Assembly: GCA_963753125.1 (NCBI GenBank)
Contig: CAVWAU010000001.1
Span: forward strand, 71,065 to 135,064
Length of the DNA: 64,000 nt
Source of the DNA: an uncultured Chloroflexia bacterium
Lineage (GTDB): Bacteria > Chloroflexota > Limnocylindria > QHBO01
Direction: 5' to 3'
The translations under genes were made by a program, and so were the position numbers. How positions within the stretch are numbered: the first letter of the stretch is position 1; the number at the start of each line of letters is the position of its first letter. Below the pieces are notes generated by a model. The model saw only the letters and a program-made list of their open reading frames with translations, made no database searches and was not told where the DNA came from. Shown piece after piece: positions 16,552-26,343 of this stretch.

Positions 16552-18773
16552 CCGCTCGCGTGCGATGGCGCCGCATCGGTGAACTCCACCCGAATCGATT
16601 CATGCTTCAGCGGCAGCACGAGCTGACCACCGGACCGACCAAGGTCGACATCCCGCTGCTCGTCGCCGTCATGAACGGCCACCGATACGGGTAGCCCATC
16701 GGAGACTCCGTCGGCCGAGATCGTGTGCGCCCACAGCTTCAGCTCCGTGGCCCGTCCCGCCGGCAGCTCGGCGCTGATCGAGCGCAGTGTCGCGAGTTCC
16801 GCCAGCTCCGTGCGAGCGCTCGTGATCGGCGGCTGGTCATCGGTATCCATCAACCGAATCTCCCCCTCCGCGGGCTGCCCGCCGGCCATGATCGAGAGAA
16901 ACGATCGCCCCTCGCGTCGAAGATCCTGCCGCAGCTCGACCACGACCCGCGGGGCGAAGGCGCCGCGCCGGATCATCGCGACCGTCACCGCCAGCACCAC
17001 CAGGCCGATCGCCACGCCCCCGATGCGCTGCAACGGGTGCTCCCAGATCACGAGGCCGTGAAGGAAGAGGTTCGAAAGGAACAGCAGGTAGATGCCCCCG
17101 ATCAGCAGCGGATGGCCCAGGTTGCGGTAGCTGAAGCCCGGGACGAGATCGCCCTTCCGTCGGCTGGCCGCCAGCAGCAGCACCGGGAAGATGCCGCTCA
17201 TCAGCGAGTGGACCATGACCCCGAGGAAGCCGAGGAGCCCGGCAAACGACCCCGTCCCGGTGAGCACCATCCACTCGGCGACCAGGAGGACCCCGATCAC
17301 CGGAATCAACGAGAGCGCGAACCGACCACGCGAGCCGCCCCACGAGAAACGCTCACCGATGCGCTCGCGGGCCAGGCTGAACAGCGCCAGCGAGAACTGG
17401 ATCAGGCCCAGTCCCATGCTGAGGATGACGAATATCGCCCCCAGCACCCGAACATGCGGGCCGAGCTCCGCCGCCAGGGGCACCAGCACCGTGCTCGTCT
17501 GCTCGGCCAGCACCGCGGGCGCGATCGCGCCGCTGACGGCAAGCACCCAGATGACGTTGAGCACCATCGCGAAGCCGATGCCGGCCGCATGGCCCCGGAC
17601 CACGGTCCGCCCGCTGGGATCGCGCTCGTGCAGCATCTTCCCGAAGATCGCGACCAGGATGTGCGCGGCGTAGATGTCGAGGACGACGCCGACGAGCGCG
17701 CCCGAGCAGGAGCGGGTCGAACGAGCCGCCGGGGCTCCACGGCAGGTTGACGTGCGTCAGGTATTCCAGCCTGCACGTTCGGAGAAGGCGAACGCCGAGA
17801 GCAACAGCAGCAGTACGACGTTGATCGTGGTGATCACGATCGTTGAGGCGACCGTGGCGTTCAGCGAGCCGCGCGTCAGGAAGTAGAGCCCGACCCCGAA
17901 CAGCACGACCATCCACGCCGCCGCGGGCAGCGCGGTCGCATCGGCCAGGGTCGTCGAGATGCCGATGTAGAAGATCAGCAGGATGCCGAACGAGAAGGCG
18001 GTCAGGACCAAAGTCAGAATCGCCGAGCTCGCGCCTCCGAGGTAGTCCGCGACCACCGTGCCGATGAAGGCGTTGCCGTAGCGGATGCTCCCGCTGCGGG
18101 TGACGACCTCGACCATCGCTGCGACGGTGACGATGTTGATGATCCCGAGCACGACGATCAGGGCGATGCCGGGGAGGGCGCCGACCCCGGCCACCGCGAT
18201 CGGCAGGGCCAGGTTGACCGCACCGATGATCAGCGTGACGACGAACGCGAGCCAGAAGGCCGGCAGCGCATCGAGCTGGCCGGCCAGCCGGGACGCCGCC
18301 CACCGCGGCCGGTCGACGAGTCGCAGCTGGGGCGTATAGATCCTCGCCAGCGGCGTGCCGTACAGGGCCTGGTACGCCTGCCGGACCGTCTCGGTATCGA
18401 GGCCAAGTGCGGACCGCAGCTGCGGGACCGCCCGATCGGTGAAGGCGTACTTCGCGCCCAGCAGATGCGCGACTCCCGCGAGGGTGCCCGGATCCTCCGG
18501 GACCAGATCGGCCCATGCCGGTGCGAAGCGCTCGAGATCCTGGATCGTGGGCCGGACCGGCAGGTCACGACCCTGCGCCAGCGCCGCGAGGAACGCGCGC
18601 TCGCGCTCCTGCGCCGCATGCTCGCTGAGGACGATCGGGACTGCCTGCGGTTCGCGGACCAGGAGGTGGGCGGTCCGGTTCTCGATCGCGAAGAGGAGCA
18701 TCGTCGAACGCCGCGCCGATGGGCCAGCCATCAGCTCATCGCGCGAGAACAACGCAGACCCGTCCGATGCCAA
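16530..18773 (-). pseudogene. polytopic permease (APC/aromatic amino-acid-permease-like, tentative) with cytosolic N- and C-terminal domains; disrupted between 17700 and 17772
   Basis: Track ORFs 17757..18773 and 16530..17636 are in the same frame and separated by an in-frame TGA (17757-17759). The roughly 70 nt between them read as protein only in another frame (LEYLTHVNLPWSPGGSFDPLLLG). This implies a -1 shift near 17771 and a +1 shift near 17700. Confidence 0.65.
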
Positions 18774-18785
18774 TGCTGCTGCCCT

Positions 18786-19532
18786 CTACGGGTCGGCTTC
18801 GCCGGTCGTTTCCTCGCCGCCGTGGGCTGTCCGGCGGAGCTCCGCGGCCCGCCCGCGGAGCGAGCGGAAGTAGTCGCTGTCCGTGATCTCGGCCACCTTG
18901 CGGGCCTGGCGCGTCTCGTCGATCTCGATCGTCAGCTCGCGCACCTGACGGCGGAGGGCATCCTCTCGAGCCCGCACCTCTTCGGCCATCCGGACGAACG
19001 TCCGGGCCAGCACGCCGAGCGCATCGGTGCGTTCGACGACGGTGCCGAGACTTCCGGCATCGAACGCGTCGGCCTCGAGCGTTTCGGCCGCCGTGGTCAC
19101 CCGCCCGACCTGGTCGAGGTACTCGAGCTCGAGGTCGCGCAGTCGCTTCGCAGCGAGGGCAGCGCCGATCCGGGCCTCGAGGAGTGCGGGCTCGAACGGC
19201 TTGGGGAGGTGATCCAGCGCGCCCATCTCGATGCAGCGGACGACACTGGCCGTGTCCTCGACGCCGGAGATCACGATCACCGGCAGCTCCCGGAGACCGG
19301 GGTCGGCCTTGATCTCGGCCAGGGTCTCAAAGCCGTCCTTGCGGGGCATCGCGATGTCGAGCAGAACCAGGTCGAACTGGCGCTCACGTAGCGCTTCCAT
19401 GGCCTCGATGCCGTCGACAACCGCGTGGACCTCGTGGCCGCGGACCTCGAGCGCCCGCGCGAGCGCCATGCGGATCATCTGCGCGTCCTCGACGACGAGG
19501 ATGCGACCGAGATCCGACTCGGGAGCCGTCAT
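18786..19532 (-). CDS. response regulator: receiver plus C-terminal coiled-coil/HAMP-like segment, no enzymatic or DNA-binding output
   Basis: 248-aa ORF. ILVVEDAQMIR..FDLVLLDIAMPRKDG..LPKPF, then LTIEIDETRQARKVAEITDSDYFRSLRGRAAELR. Confidence 0.85.
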   Translation of the reverse strand: MTAPESDLGRILVVEDAQMIRMALARALEVRGHEVHAVVDGIEAMEALRERQFDLVLLDIAMPRKDGFETLAEIKADPGLRELPVIVISGVEDTASVVRCIEMGALDHLPKPFEPALLEARIGAALAAKRLRDLELEYLDQVGRVTTAAETLEADAFDAGSLGTVVERTDALGVLARTFVRMAEEVRAREDALRRQVRELTIEIDETRQARKVAEITDSDYFRSLRGRAAELRRTAHGGEETTGEADP

Positions 19533-19894
19533 GCTTCGGCCCAGCGCCGGGCTCGGGCCTGCTCGAGCGCGGCCGCCAGCTCGACACGGGCTGCATCGAG
19601 GTCCACGAGCATCACCTCTACTCCGTCGAGCTCCCCGGCCCGCCCGCGCTCCTCGATCGCCCGGGCAATCTCGGCGACGCGCACGCCGCCAAGATTGAGG
19701 CTCGTCCCCTTCAGCGTGTGGGCCGGCAGCACCAGGCCGTCGGCGTCGCCAGAGTCCAGCGCGGCGCGGATGGCCGATGCCCGTCGGGGAGCGTCCGCCA
19801 GGAATTCGTCCACCAGCTCGTCGACGAAGTCCGGATCGTTGCCAACCATCGTGAGCAGGTTCCCCAGCGCGACCTGGTCGAGCGTCTCAGGCAT
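19529..19894 (-). CDS. Hpt (histidine phosphotransfer) domain protein
   Basis: 121-aa ORF with phospho-His motif [16 protein letters not shown] overlap with the downstream RR gene and 8-nt overlap with the upstream receiver gene. Confidence 0.85.
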   Translation of the reverse strand: MPETLDQVALGNLLTMVGNDPDFVDELVDEFLADAPRRASAIRAALDSGDADGLVLPAHTLKGTSLNLGGVRVAEIARAIEERGRAGELDGVEVMLVDLDAARVELAAALEQARARRWAEA

Positions 19895-20360
19895 GCGCCC
19901 CGTCTCCTACGTCTCGCGCGGGCGTCGCCTCCAGGGCGGCGACGAGCTCAACAATGCGGATCGGCTTGCTGATGTAGTCGTCCATCCCCGCAGCCAGGCA
20001 GAGCTCCCGGTCGCCGGCCATGGCGGTGGCCGTCATGGCGACGATTCGCGGCCCCGCCGACCCCGGCCAGCGGTGCCGGATCCGGCGCGTCGCCTCGAGC
20101 CCGTCGAGCTCCGGCATCTGGACGTCCATGAGCACCAGGTCGAACATGCCCGCCTCCAGCGCGGAGATGGTCTCCAGGCCGTCTCCGACCACGTCCGGGG
20201 CGTAGCCCAACCGCTCGAGGAGCCGGAGCGCCAGCTTCCGGTTCATCGCGTTGTCCTCGGCAACCAGGATGCGCAGTGGATGGCGCTCTGCCAGTGGCAC
20301 GCTTGATCCGGCCGACCCGGCCGCCGTCGCCCGCGTCCGCGCCGATCCATGCGTGGCCAA
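19887..20360 (-). CDS. single-domain response regulator (receiver)
   Basis: 157-aa [37 protein letters not shown]. Confidence 0.85.
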   Translation of the reverse strand: MATHGSARTRATAAGSAGSSVPLAERHPLRILVAEDNAMNRKLALRLLERLGYAPDVVGDGLETISALEAGMFDLVLMDVQMPELDGLEATRRIRHRWPGSAGPRIVAMTATAMAGDRELCLAAGMDDYISKPIRIVELVAALEATPARDVGDGAHA

Positions 20361-20373
20361 GGCAGCGGTCTCA

Positions 20374-22074
20374 TCAAGCGGATGCCTCCGGGGCGACGAT
20401 CCTCACCACGAACCGGCTCCCCTCGCCCGGGACGCCACTGCTCTTCGCCACGATCGATCCGCCCTGCAGCTCGGCCAACCGCTTGCTGATCGCGAGACCC
20501 AGACCCGTGCCGCCATACCGCCGCGAGATCGAGGCGTCGGCCTGGCTGAACGACTGGAACAGGCGCTCCATCCGATCCTGCTCGATCCCGATGCCCGTGT
20601 CGGAGACCTCGATCGAGATCTCCCACCGCGGCGCCCCGTCGGGATCTCCGGGCATCGAACGCAGCCGCCGGCCCGAGATCGACACGGAGACGTCGCCCGC
20701 CTCGGTGAAACGGACGGCGTTCGACAGCAGGTTGAGGACGATCTGGCGCAGCCGGCCCGGATCGCCGACGAGGGCGATGGGCAGGTTGCGATCGATCGCG
20801 TAGGCCAGCTCGAGCTGCTTGGCTGCCGCGGAGGGTGTGACCACATCGATTGCTGCCTCGATGCACGGCCCCAGAGCGAACGGAATCGCCTCGAGCTCGA
20901 TCCGGCCCGCCTCGATCTTCGAGAAGTCGAGGATGTCGTTGATGATCGCCAGGAGCGCCTCGCCGGACGCCTGGATCGTCTCGGTGAAGTCGCGCTGCTC
21001 GGCATCCATGTTTGTCTCGAGCAGAAGGCCGCTCATCCCGATGATCGCGTTCATCGGGGTCCGGATCTCGTGGCTCACCGACGCCAGGAAGGTGCTCTTC
21101 GCCGCGTTCGCGGCATCGGCGGCGCGGCGCGCCGCCTGGAGCTCGGTGATGTCGTGGTAGATCGCGTAGTAGCCGGTGTGCGCGCCGTCGACGATCAGCG
21201 GGACCAGGAAGATCTCGACGTCGACCAGCTCGCCGTCCTTGCGGCGCCGCCGTGCGATGAGCTGGGCACGTCCGGATTCCTCGGCCAGCCGGGTCACCTC
21301 CCGGCCCTCATCGCGGTCCTCGGGGCGGAAGACCAGGTCGTCGATGTGCCGGCCGAGCGCCTCGGCGGGCTCGTACCCCAACAGCCGGGTGGCGGCGGGG
21401 TTCCAGCCGGACACGATCTCCCCGCGATCCATCGTCATGACCGCCGCGGGGCTGATCTCGACGAGCGTCTCGAAGTACTGCTTCTGGCGACGGATCTCGG
21501 CGCTCGCGAGTGCCTGCTCGGTGAGCAGCCGGGCATTGTCGAGGGCCACGCCCATGTTCGTGGCCAGCGTCGACAGGAATCGCTCGTCGTCGGGGCCGTA
21601 CGCGCGCTGTTCGCTGGTCCCGATCGCGATGACGCCGATGGTCTGGTGACCGGTCGGAATCGGGACGCCCAGGTACGACTCGGTCCCCTCGACCTTGAAC
21701 GGGGCACCGATGGCCGCGGCCTCGTCCGCGCTCCCGACCCGGATCGGCCGTCCGGAATCGATGATCCGCGCGGTCAGAACGTCGTCGAGGACCCTCCCCT
21801 CGAGCTCGCGCTTCCGCTGGCCCTCGTCGATCCAGAACAGGAACTTGATCTCGGCGGTGTCGGGGTCCCGCATCGCGATCGACAGCCCGGCGGCGTCGAG
21901 TGCCTGCGCGGCTCGCTCGCCGACCGCCGCCATGATCGAGTCGAAGTCGAGCTGCCTCGCCAGGGCCTCGGCCACCTCGTTGACGATGGCGAGCTCGGCG
22001 TTGCGCTGTCGGACCTCGGCCTGCAGCTCGGCGACCCGAGCGTGCGCAGCGCGAAGATCCGGACCGTCGGTCAT
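20374..22074 (-). CDS. cytoplasmic GAF-PAS sensor histidine kinase
   Basis: 566-aa ORF, no TM segments. GAF-like N-terminal region, a PAS region, H-box [18 protein letters not shown], and an HATPase_c region (N, G1, G2 boxes: [25 protein letters not shown]). Confidence 0.9.
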   Translation of the reverse strand: MTDGPDLRAAHARVAELQAEVRQRNAELAIVNEVAEALARQLDFDSIMAAVGERAAQALDAAGLSIAMRDPDTAEIKFLFWIDEGQRKRELEGRVLDDVLTARIIDSGRPIRVGSADEAAAIGAPFKVEGTESYLGVPIPTGHQTIGVIAIGTSEQRAYGPDDERFLSTLATNMGVALDNARLLTEQALASAEIRRQKQYFETLVEISPAAVMTMDRGEIVSGWNPAATRLLGYEPAEALGRHIDDLVFRPEDRDEGREVTRLAEESGRAQLIARRRRKDGELVDVEIFLVPLIVDGAHTGYYAIYHDITELQAARRAADAANAAKSTFLASVSHEIRTPMNAIIGMSGLLLETNMDAEQRDFTETIQASGEALLAIINDILDFSKIEAGRIELEAIPFALGPCIEAAIDVVTPSAAAKQLELAYAIDRNLPIALVGDPGRLRQIVLNLLSNAVRFTEAGDVSVSISGRRLRSMPGDPDGAPRWEISIEVSDTGIGIEQDRMERLFQSFSQADASISRRYGGTGLGLAISKRLAELQGGSIVAKSSGVPGEGSRFVVRIVAPEASA

Positions 22075-22838
22075 CCCGATGGCCCAGGCACGACGTGGTC
22101 GGCGAGCGCTCGATACTGGCTCGTGAGCTCGTGGTCGGGATTCCCGAGAGCGAAGACTCCCTCGCTCCCGAGCCGCATCAGGTCGTCCGAGTGAGGCAGC
22201 ACCGCGGCGACATCGCAGTCGTAGGTGGTGCGCACGAGGTCGGCGACCGACGCGAAGTCGAAATCGGTCGGCGTCTTGTTGACGACGATGAAGATCCGGG
22301 GGACCTCGAGCTCCTTGGCCACTCGTGCCGTGATCCCGGTGCCCTCGAAGTCCTGGCGGTCAGGTCGCATGACGATGAGGAGGACATCGGAAACCACCAA
22401 CGAGAGGAGCGTCTCCTCGTTGAGGCCGGGGTGGGTGTCGATGAAGAGGACATCGAGCGAGAGATGATCGACGAGCTCGCGCAGCCCACTGGTCAGGCGC
22501 TGGGCGTCGTACCCCTCGCGCAGGACCCGGGTGATCTCTCCGGGCTCCATGCTCGAAGGAATGAGGAAGAGCCGGCCGCCGTCCATGCCGCCCACGCGGT
22601 CGGTCACATCGAGTGCAACGTCCTGGATCGGCCGGTTGTGCCAGAGGAAGTCGTTGAGCGAGGCGTGACCGGTCTCACCGGCCAGGCCGAAGAGGACGTG
22701 GATCCCGGGCGACTGGATGTCGGCGTCGATCACCCCGACCCGAAGGCCGCGAGCAGCGACGAGCGCCGCCAGGTTCGCCGCGGTATTCGACTTCCCCGTC
22801 CCACCCCGAAAGGAGTGGACGCTGATGATCGTCGCCAC
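22071..22838 (-). CDS. ParA/MinD-family P-loop ATPase
   Basis: GTG at 22838 preceded by GGAGGG, inside track ORF 22071..22907. Deviant Walker A SFRGGTGKSNTAANLA, Walker B-like VLFIDTHPG. Stop overlaps the kinase start (ATGA 22071-22074). Confidence 0.8.
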   Translation of the reverse strand: MATIISVHSFRGGTGKSNTAANLAALVAARGLRVGVIDADIQSPGIHVLFGLAGETGHASLNDFLWHNRPIQDVALDVTDRVGGMDGGRLFLIPSSMEPGEITRVLREGYDAQRLTSGLRELVDHLSLDVLFIDTHPGLNEETLLSLVVSDVLLIVMRPDRQDFEGTGITARVAKELEVPRIFIVVNKTPTDFDFASVADLVRTTYDCDVAAVLPHSDDLMRLGSEGVFALGNPDHELTSQYRALADHVVPGPSG

Positions 22839-22958
22839 GCGGGACCCTCCGTGACCAATCGCGGGCAGTTGTCGAGCATACGCACTTCGGCCTCCGGGCG
22901 CGAGCATTGGGCATTCGGCCCAGTGACCGATCGGCCGCCGCCCTGAGCGCGCCCGCGG

Positions 22959-23531
22959 CTACGCGTCTCGGATGCGCTCGTAGGTGAGGAAGGCGACATC
23001 GCCGTCGACCGTCGTGAAGTCGACGAGGCGCATGGGTACCTTGTCGCTGGTCTCGCCGAAGAGGCGCTCGCCGGACCCGAGCACGACCGGGAAGATCCTC
23101 AGCCGCAGCTCGTCGACGAGGTCGCGCTCCATCAGCGCGCGCACCAGCTGGAAGCTGGCGGGGACGACGATCTGCCCCGTCAGCTCCCCCTTCAGCTTCG
23201 AGACTGCCTCCACCGGATCGCCCTTCAGTACCGTCGAGTTGTTCCACTCCGGATCGGTGAGGCTGGAAGACACGACGTACTTGGGCATGGAGTTCAACCT
23301 GTCCGCCAACTCGCCACTCCTGGATGGCCACCGCGCGGCGAACCATTCGTAGCTCCGCCGACCCAGCAACAGGGCGTCGGCGGCCAGCGCCTCGTCGAGC
23401 GCGAGCTTGCCGAGCCCTGGGCGGTCACTGATCAGGCCGACCCAGCCGCCGAGCCTGAAGCCCTCGTCACCTGCCGGGTCCTGGATGACTCCATCGAGGG
23501 AGACGTTGTCGCTCGCGACGATCCTGCCCAT
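22959..23531 (-). CDS. dihydrofolate-reductase-family protein (RibD C-terminal domain type)
   Basis: 190-aa ORF. MGRIVASDNVSLDGVIQDP...LLLGRRSYEWF...LRLRIFPVVLGSGERLF is the typical pattern of this family. Confidence 0.8.
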   Translation of the reverse strand: MGRIVASDNVSLDGVIQDPAGDEGFRLGGWVGLISDRPGLGKLALDEALAADALLLGRRSYEWFAARWPSRSGELADRLNSMPKYVVSSSLTDPEWNNSTVLKGDPVEAVSKLKGELTGQIVVPASFQLVRALMERDLVDELRLRIFPVVLGSGERLFGETSDKVPMRLVDFTTVDGDVAFLTYERIRDA

Positions 23532-23792
23532 TACGAATCTCCAAGCGGCGCGGCAGTCAGGGATTTGATCAGGGTAAACCCGAGCCCCGCGAGGAACGAA
23601 GAGGCCCGATCCGAGCGCAGATTTGGTCAGCTGCCGGAGTCGGCCGTCTAGACGGCGGTCCTTACAATTTGGGCTACGAGTGCGCCGGGTCGCGATGCAA
23701 GCAGGACTTGCTCGAATGACCGAGCCTGATCACCGCGGTCCCCCGTCAGTCGCGGCTGGGGCGCCACCCGAGATCAGGCAGGAGGCATCCAA

Positions 23793-24215
23793 ATGAAGAA
23801 GCTTCGAATGCTCATCGCGGCGGTCGTTGGGGTCGTCGCGTTCGGGGCGGCGCCGGCGTCCGCGTCCAGCGCGCCGATCGTGATCCCGTACGAGAAGACG
23901 TGCGACGCCGCCGGTCACTGCGTGGGTACCGCCGGGACCGGCGGCATGTTCGAGATGCAGGTCACGGGCTTGCGGGGCACCGGCAAGGCCGCCCAGCTGA
24001 AGGTGACCGAGGAGATCACGGTCGGAGACATCTCGTTCACAGCCGAGATGAGGGGGCATGCCAGCCCGGCCGGGTTCATCGTATTGAACGGGACGGTCAC
24101 GGAGGGCTCGTTCGTGGGCGCGCAGGTCCACCAGCGAAGCAACCTCATCAGCGCTGACGGGAGTATGACGTCGTGGATCGGACAGCTCAGGCTCATGCCG
24201 AGTCGGGCTAGATGA
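23793..24215 (+). CDS. small secreted protein of unknown function
   Basis: 140-aa ORF. AGGAGG-like RBS (caggaggcatccaaATG), signal peptide MKKLRMLIAAVVGVVAFGAAPASA. Lower-GC context. Confidence 0.6.
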   Translation: MKKLRMLIAAVVGVVAFGAAPASASSAPIVIPYEKTCDAAGHCVGTAGTGGMFEMQVTGLRGTGKAAQLKVTEEITVGDISFTAEMRGHASPAGFIVLNGTVTEGSFVGAQVHQRSNLISADGSMTSWIGQLRLMPSRAR

Positions 24216-24219
24216 GCCT

Positions 24220-24239
24220 TGGTACCGCATACCGGATTC
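24220..24239. repeat. att-like direct repeat: copy of the 3' terminal 20 nt of tRNA-Glu (distal copy)
   Basis: TGGTACCGCATACCGGATTC is identical to 25302-25321 and to 26202-26221 (the tRNA-Glu 3' end). Confidence 0.7.
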
Positions 24240-24455
24240 CTGGTGAAAAGTCTCATGCGCCTCAGCCACGTACACCGAGTGCATCCAAGAGACGCATGAG
24301 ACGGGATGCATAAGGGCTCCAATAAGGGCTCCCGGCTCAGGCGGCCACGGTCACCGAGGAACTGGAGTCTCGCTCTGGCCTTCGCTGCGATGAGTTCCGG
24401 CGGCTCGATCAGTCAACTCGGAGAGTCGAGACGAGTCACAAGCGGAAGGAGCCCC

Positions 24456-25283
24456 ATGCTGAGGCAGGTCGCCGATGGTGTGCTGGTCCACCAGAGCGAG
24501 TTACTCCAGAACAATGCCGTTGTCGTGCACGGCCGGGGCGGCGTGTTGCTCATCGACCCCGGGATAACAGGCGACGAGATGGACTGCCTGGCGAACGACC
24601 TTCGCGAGTTGGGCCAGCCCGTTGTGGCTGGCTTTTCGACGCATCCTGATTGGGATCACGTGCTCTGGCACGCCGAGCTCGGCGAAGCGCCCCGCTACGG
24701 TACGGCCCGCTGTGCGGCTTCCATGCGAGATCTGCTGTCGAACGCGGACTGGAAGTCCCGCGTCGCCGAGGGGTTACCGCCGGAGATCGCCGACGAGATA
24801 CCGCTGGACCTGTTCGGCCTCATTACCGGTCTGCCTGCCGAAACTGCTCAGGTTCCGTGGGATGGCCCTGAAGTCCGGATCGTCGAGCATCCAGCGCACG
24901 CCCAGGGCCATGCCGCGCTGTTGATCGAGGAGCGCGGGGTGCTCGTCGCCGGCGACATGCTCTCCGACATCCTGATTCCGTTCCCCGACTTGGACGCGGC
25001 GAATCCGATCGAGGACTACCTCGTTGGGCTGCGGCTGCTCGAGGGCGTGGCGGACGACGTTGATGTCCTCATCCCCGGTCACGGGTCCGTCGGCGGAGCT
25101 GATCAGGTACGCGCACGGATCGAACTTGACCGCGCGTACGTGCATGCATTGCGTGACGACCAAGCTCCCGATGACCCGCGCATCGGCCCATCGGCCACGT
25201 TCGGCCAGGATTGGCTGCCCGGCGTGTATGAATGGCAACAACAGCAGCTCGCCACGAAGAAGCACCACGGGACACCCGGATAG
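24456..25283 (+). CDS. MBL-fold metallo-hydrolase
   Basis: ATG at 24456 (GGAAGGA upstream) inside track ORF 24306..25283. AVVVHGRGGVLLIDPG..., metal motif FSTHPDWDHVLW, later HAQGH and IPGHG. Confidence 0.8.
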   Translation: MLRQVADGVLVHQSELLQNNAVVVHGRGGVLLIDPGITGDEMDCLANDLRELGQPVVAGFSTHPDWDHVLWHAELGEAPRYGTARCAASMRDLLSNADWKSRVAEGLPPEIADEIPLDLFGLITGLPAETAQVPWDGPEVRIVEHPAHAQGHAALLIEERGVLVAGDMLSDILIPFPDLDAANPIEDYLVGLRLLEGVADDVDVLIPGHGSVGGADQVRARIELDRAYVHALRDDQAPDDPRIGPSATFGQDWLPGVYEWQQQQLATKKHHGTPG

Positions 25284-25301
25284 TCATCCGCTTGTGGGAG
25301 C

Positions 25302-25321
25302 TGGTACCGCATACCGGATTC
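25302..25321. repeat. att-like direct repeat: copy of the 3' terminal 20 nt of tRNA-Glu (middle copy)
   Basis: TGGTACCGCATACCGGATTC, identical to the copies at 24220 and 26202. Confidence 0.7.
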
Positions 25322-25374
25322 CTGATGAAACGTCGCTTGTTGTCGGCTTGGCGGGCCTGCGCTCGGGATGTCGA

Positions 25375-26109
25375 TTACCGCAGGAGCGCCTCGACGTGCT
25401 CGATGTCGGCGGCGAGGCCAGCTCGCTCCTCGTCGCTGAGCGGAAGCGTCGCGATCTCGTCCAGCGATGCCCGGGCGAGCGACCGCCGATCGACCCGTAC
25501 GGCAAGGTCTGCGCGGTACGCAAGAGCGCGGGCCCGCTCGATGGCCGGTGCATCCGTGTGCTTCGCCAACATGCGCTCGAGCGTCGCCAGGCCCCCGGCG
25601 TCGTCGCCGTGTGAGTCGGCAAGCCGCGCAGCGACGTCGATGCCCCTCGCCAACCCGGCTTCCGACTCCGCGTCAGGATCCTCGGAGTCGCCGAGGCGGG
25701 AGATCCGCAGCCAGTTCCCGCCAACGTCGATGAGGCTGAAGCCGTAGACGGTCCCCCAGCGCTTGCGCGGCCGCACCACGCGCGGGATGCCCGCCACTGG
25801 CACGCGACCGTAGGCCGCCCGCAATCCGTCCGCGAACGCGCGGTACAGCGCATCAGGGTCGGGAACGACGATGATGACGCTGGCGTACGACTGCTCCGGG
25901 TCGAAGCCGTCGATCCCGGCCAGATGCACCCCGAGCTCACCGTACGTGACGACCGCAGACGGGTTGGGCCGGACTTGGCGATACGTGCGCTCGAAGCCGA
26001 GCGCCTCGTAGAAGGCGATCGCCTCGTCGATGTCGCCGCATGGCAGGATCGGGTACATGCGCGCACCCGCCGTCGCGATCGCGTCTTGCCCATCGGTCAG
26101 CTCAGCCAT
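25375..26109 (-). CDS. VOC (glyoxalase/bleomycin-resistance) family protein with C-terminal helical extension
   Basis: ATG at 26109 inside track ORF 25375..26280, whose extension runs into the tRNA. MYPILPCGDIDEAIAFYEALGFERTY...VHLAGIDGFD...FSLIDVGGNWLRI. Confidence 0.75.
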   Translation of the reverse strand: MAELTDGQDAIATAGARMYPILPCGDIDEAIAFYEALGFERTYRQVRPNPSAVVTYGELGVHLAGIDGFDPEQSYASVIIVVPDPDALYRAFADGLRAAYGRVPVAGIPRVVRPRKRWGTVYGFSLIDVGGNWLRISRLGDSEDPDAESEAGLARGIDVAARLADSHGDDAGGLATLERMLAKHTDAPAIERARALAYRADLAVRVDRRSLARASLDEIATLPLSDEERAGLAADIEHVEALLR

Positions 26110-26201
26110 GGCCTTCCAGCCTGACACGTCGGGCACCAGTACGTCGTCCGCTGGAACTCGCCGCGGGGCGGCGTTCCCCACAAGATGTTGTGGTAAAGGG
26201 C

Positions 26202-26278
26202 TGGTACCGCATACCGGATTCGAACCGGTGATCTCCGCCTTGAGAGGGCGGTGTCCTAGGCCTCTAGACGAATGCGGC
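26202..26278 (-). tRNA. tRNA-Glu (anticodon CTC), CCA encoded
   Basis: Minus-strand sequence GCCGCATTCGTCTAGAGGCCTAGGACACCGCCCTCTCAAGGCGGAGATCACCGGTTCGAATCCGGTATGCGGTACCA. Anticodon loop CTCTCAA, T-loop TTCGAAT. The acceptor stem pairs except for G1-U72. Confidence 0.88.
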
Positions 26279-26343
26279 ACGACGTCAAGGACGAGCCCGA
26301 GTCTAGCAAGGCCCGCGAGACCGATGCAAACCAGCCGATAGGC

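Larger units (their letters stand above)
24220..26221. mobile_element. two tandem, integrase-less islets bounded by tRNA-Glu 3'-end repeats (putative remnants of tRNA-targeting integrative elements)
   Basis: Three identical 20-nt repeats 1082 and 900 bp apart. Each interval holds one cargo gene (MBL hydrolase; VOC protein). The two non-tRNA copies share about 14 further nt of flank (CTGGTGAAAAGTC / CTGATGAAACGTC). Lower GC than surroundings. No integrase seen. Confidence 0.45.

Noticed and set aside
17757-17759. In-frame TGA in the permease as a selenocysteine or programmed read-through site
   Set aside because: The roughly 60 nt downstream of the TGA look non-coding in that frame but encode a plausible membrane segment in another frame. 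Paired indels explain this better than recoding. I saw no SECIS-like element to support recoding.
25375-26280. Full-length 301-aa track ORF for the VOC protein
   Set aside because: Its first 57 codons run through tRNA-Glu and the att-like repeat. The internal ATG at 26109 gives a typical VOC N-terminus.
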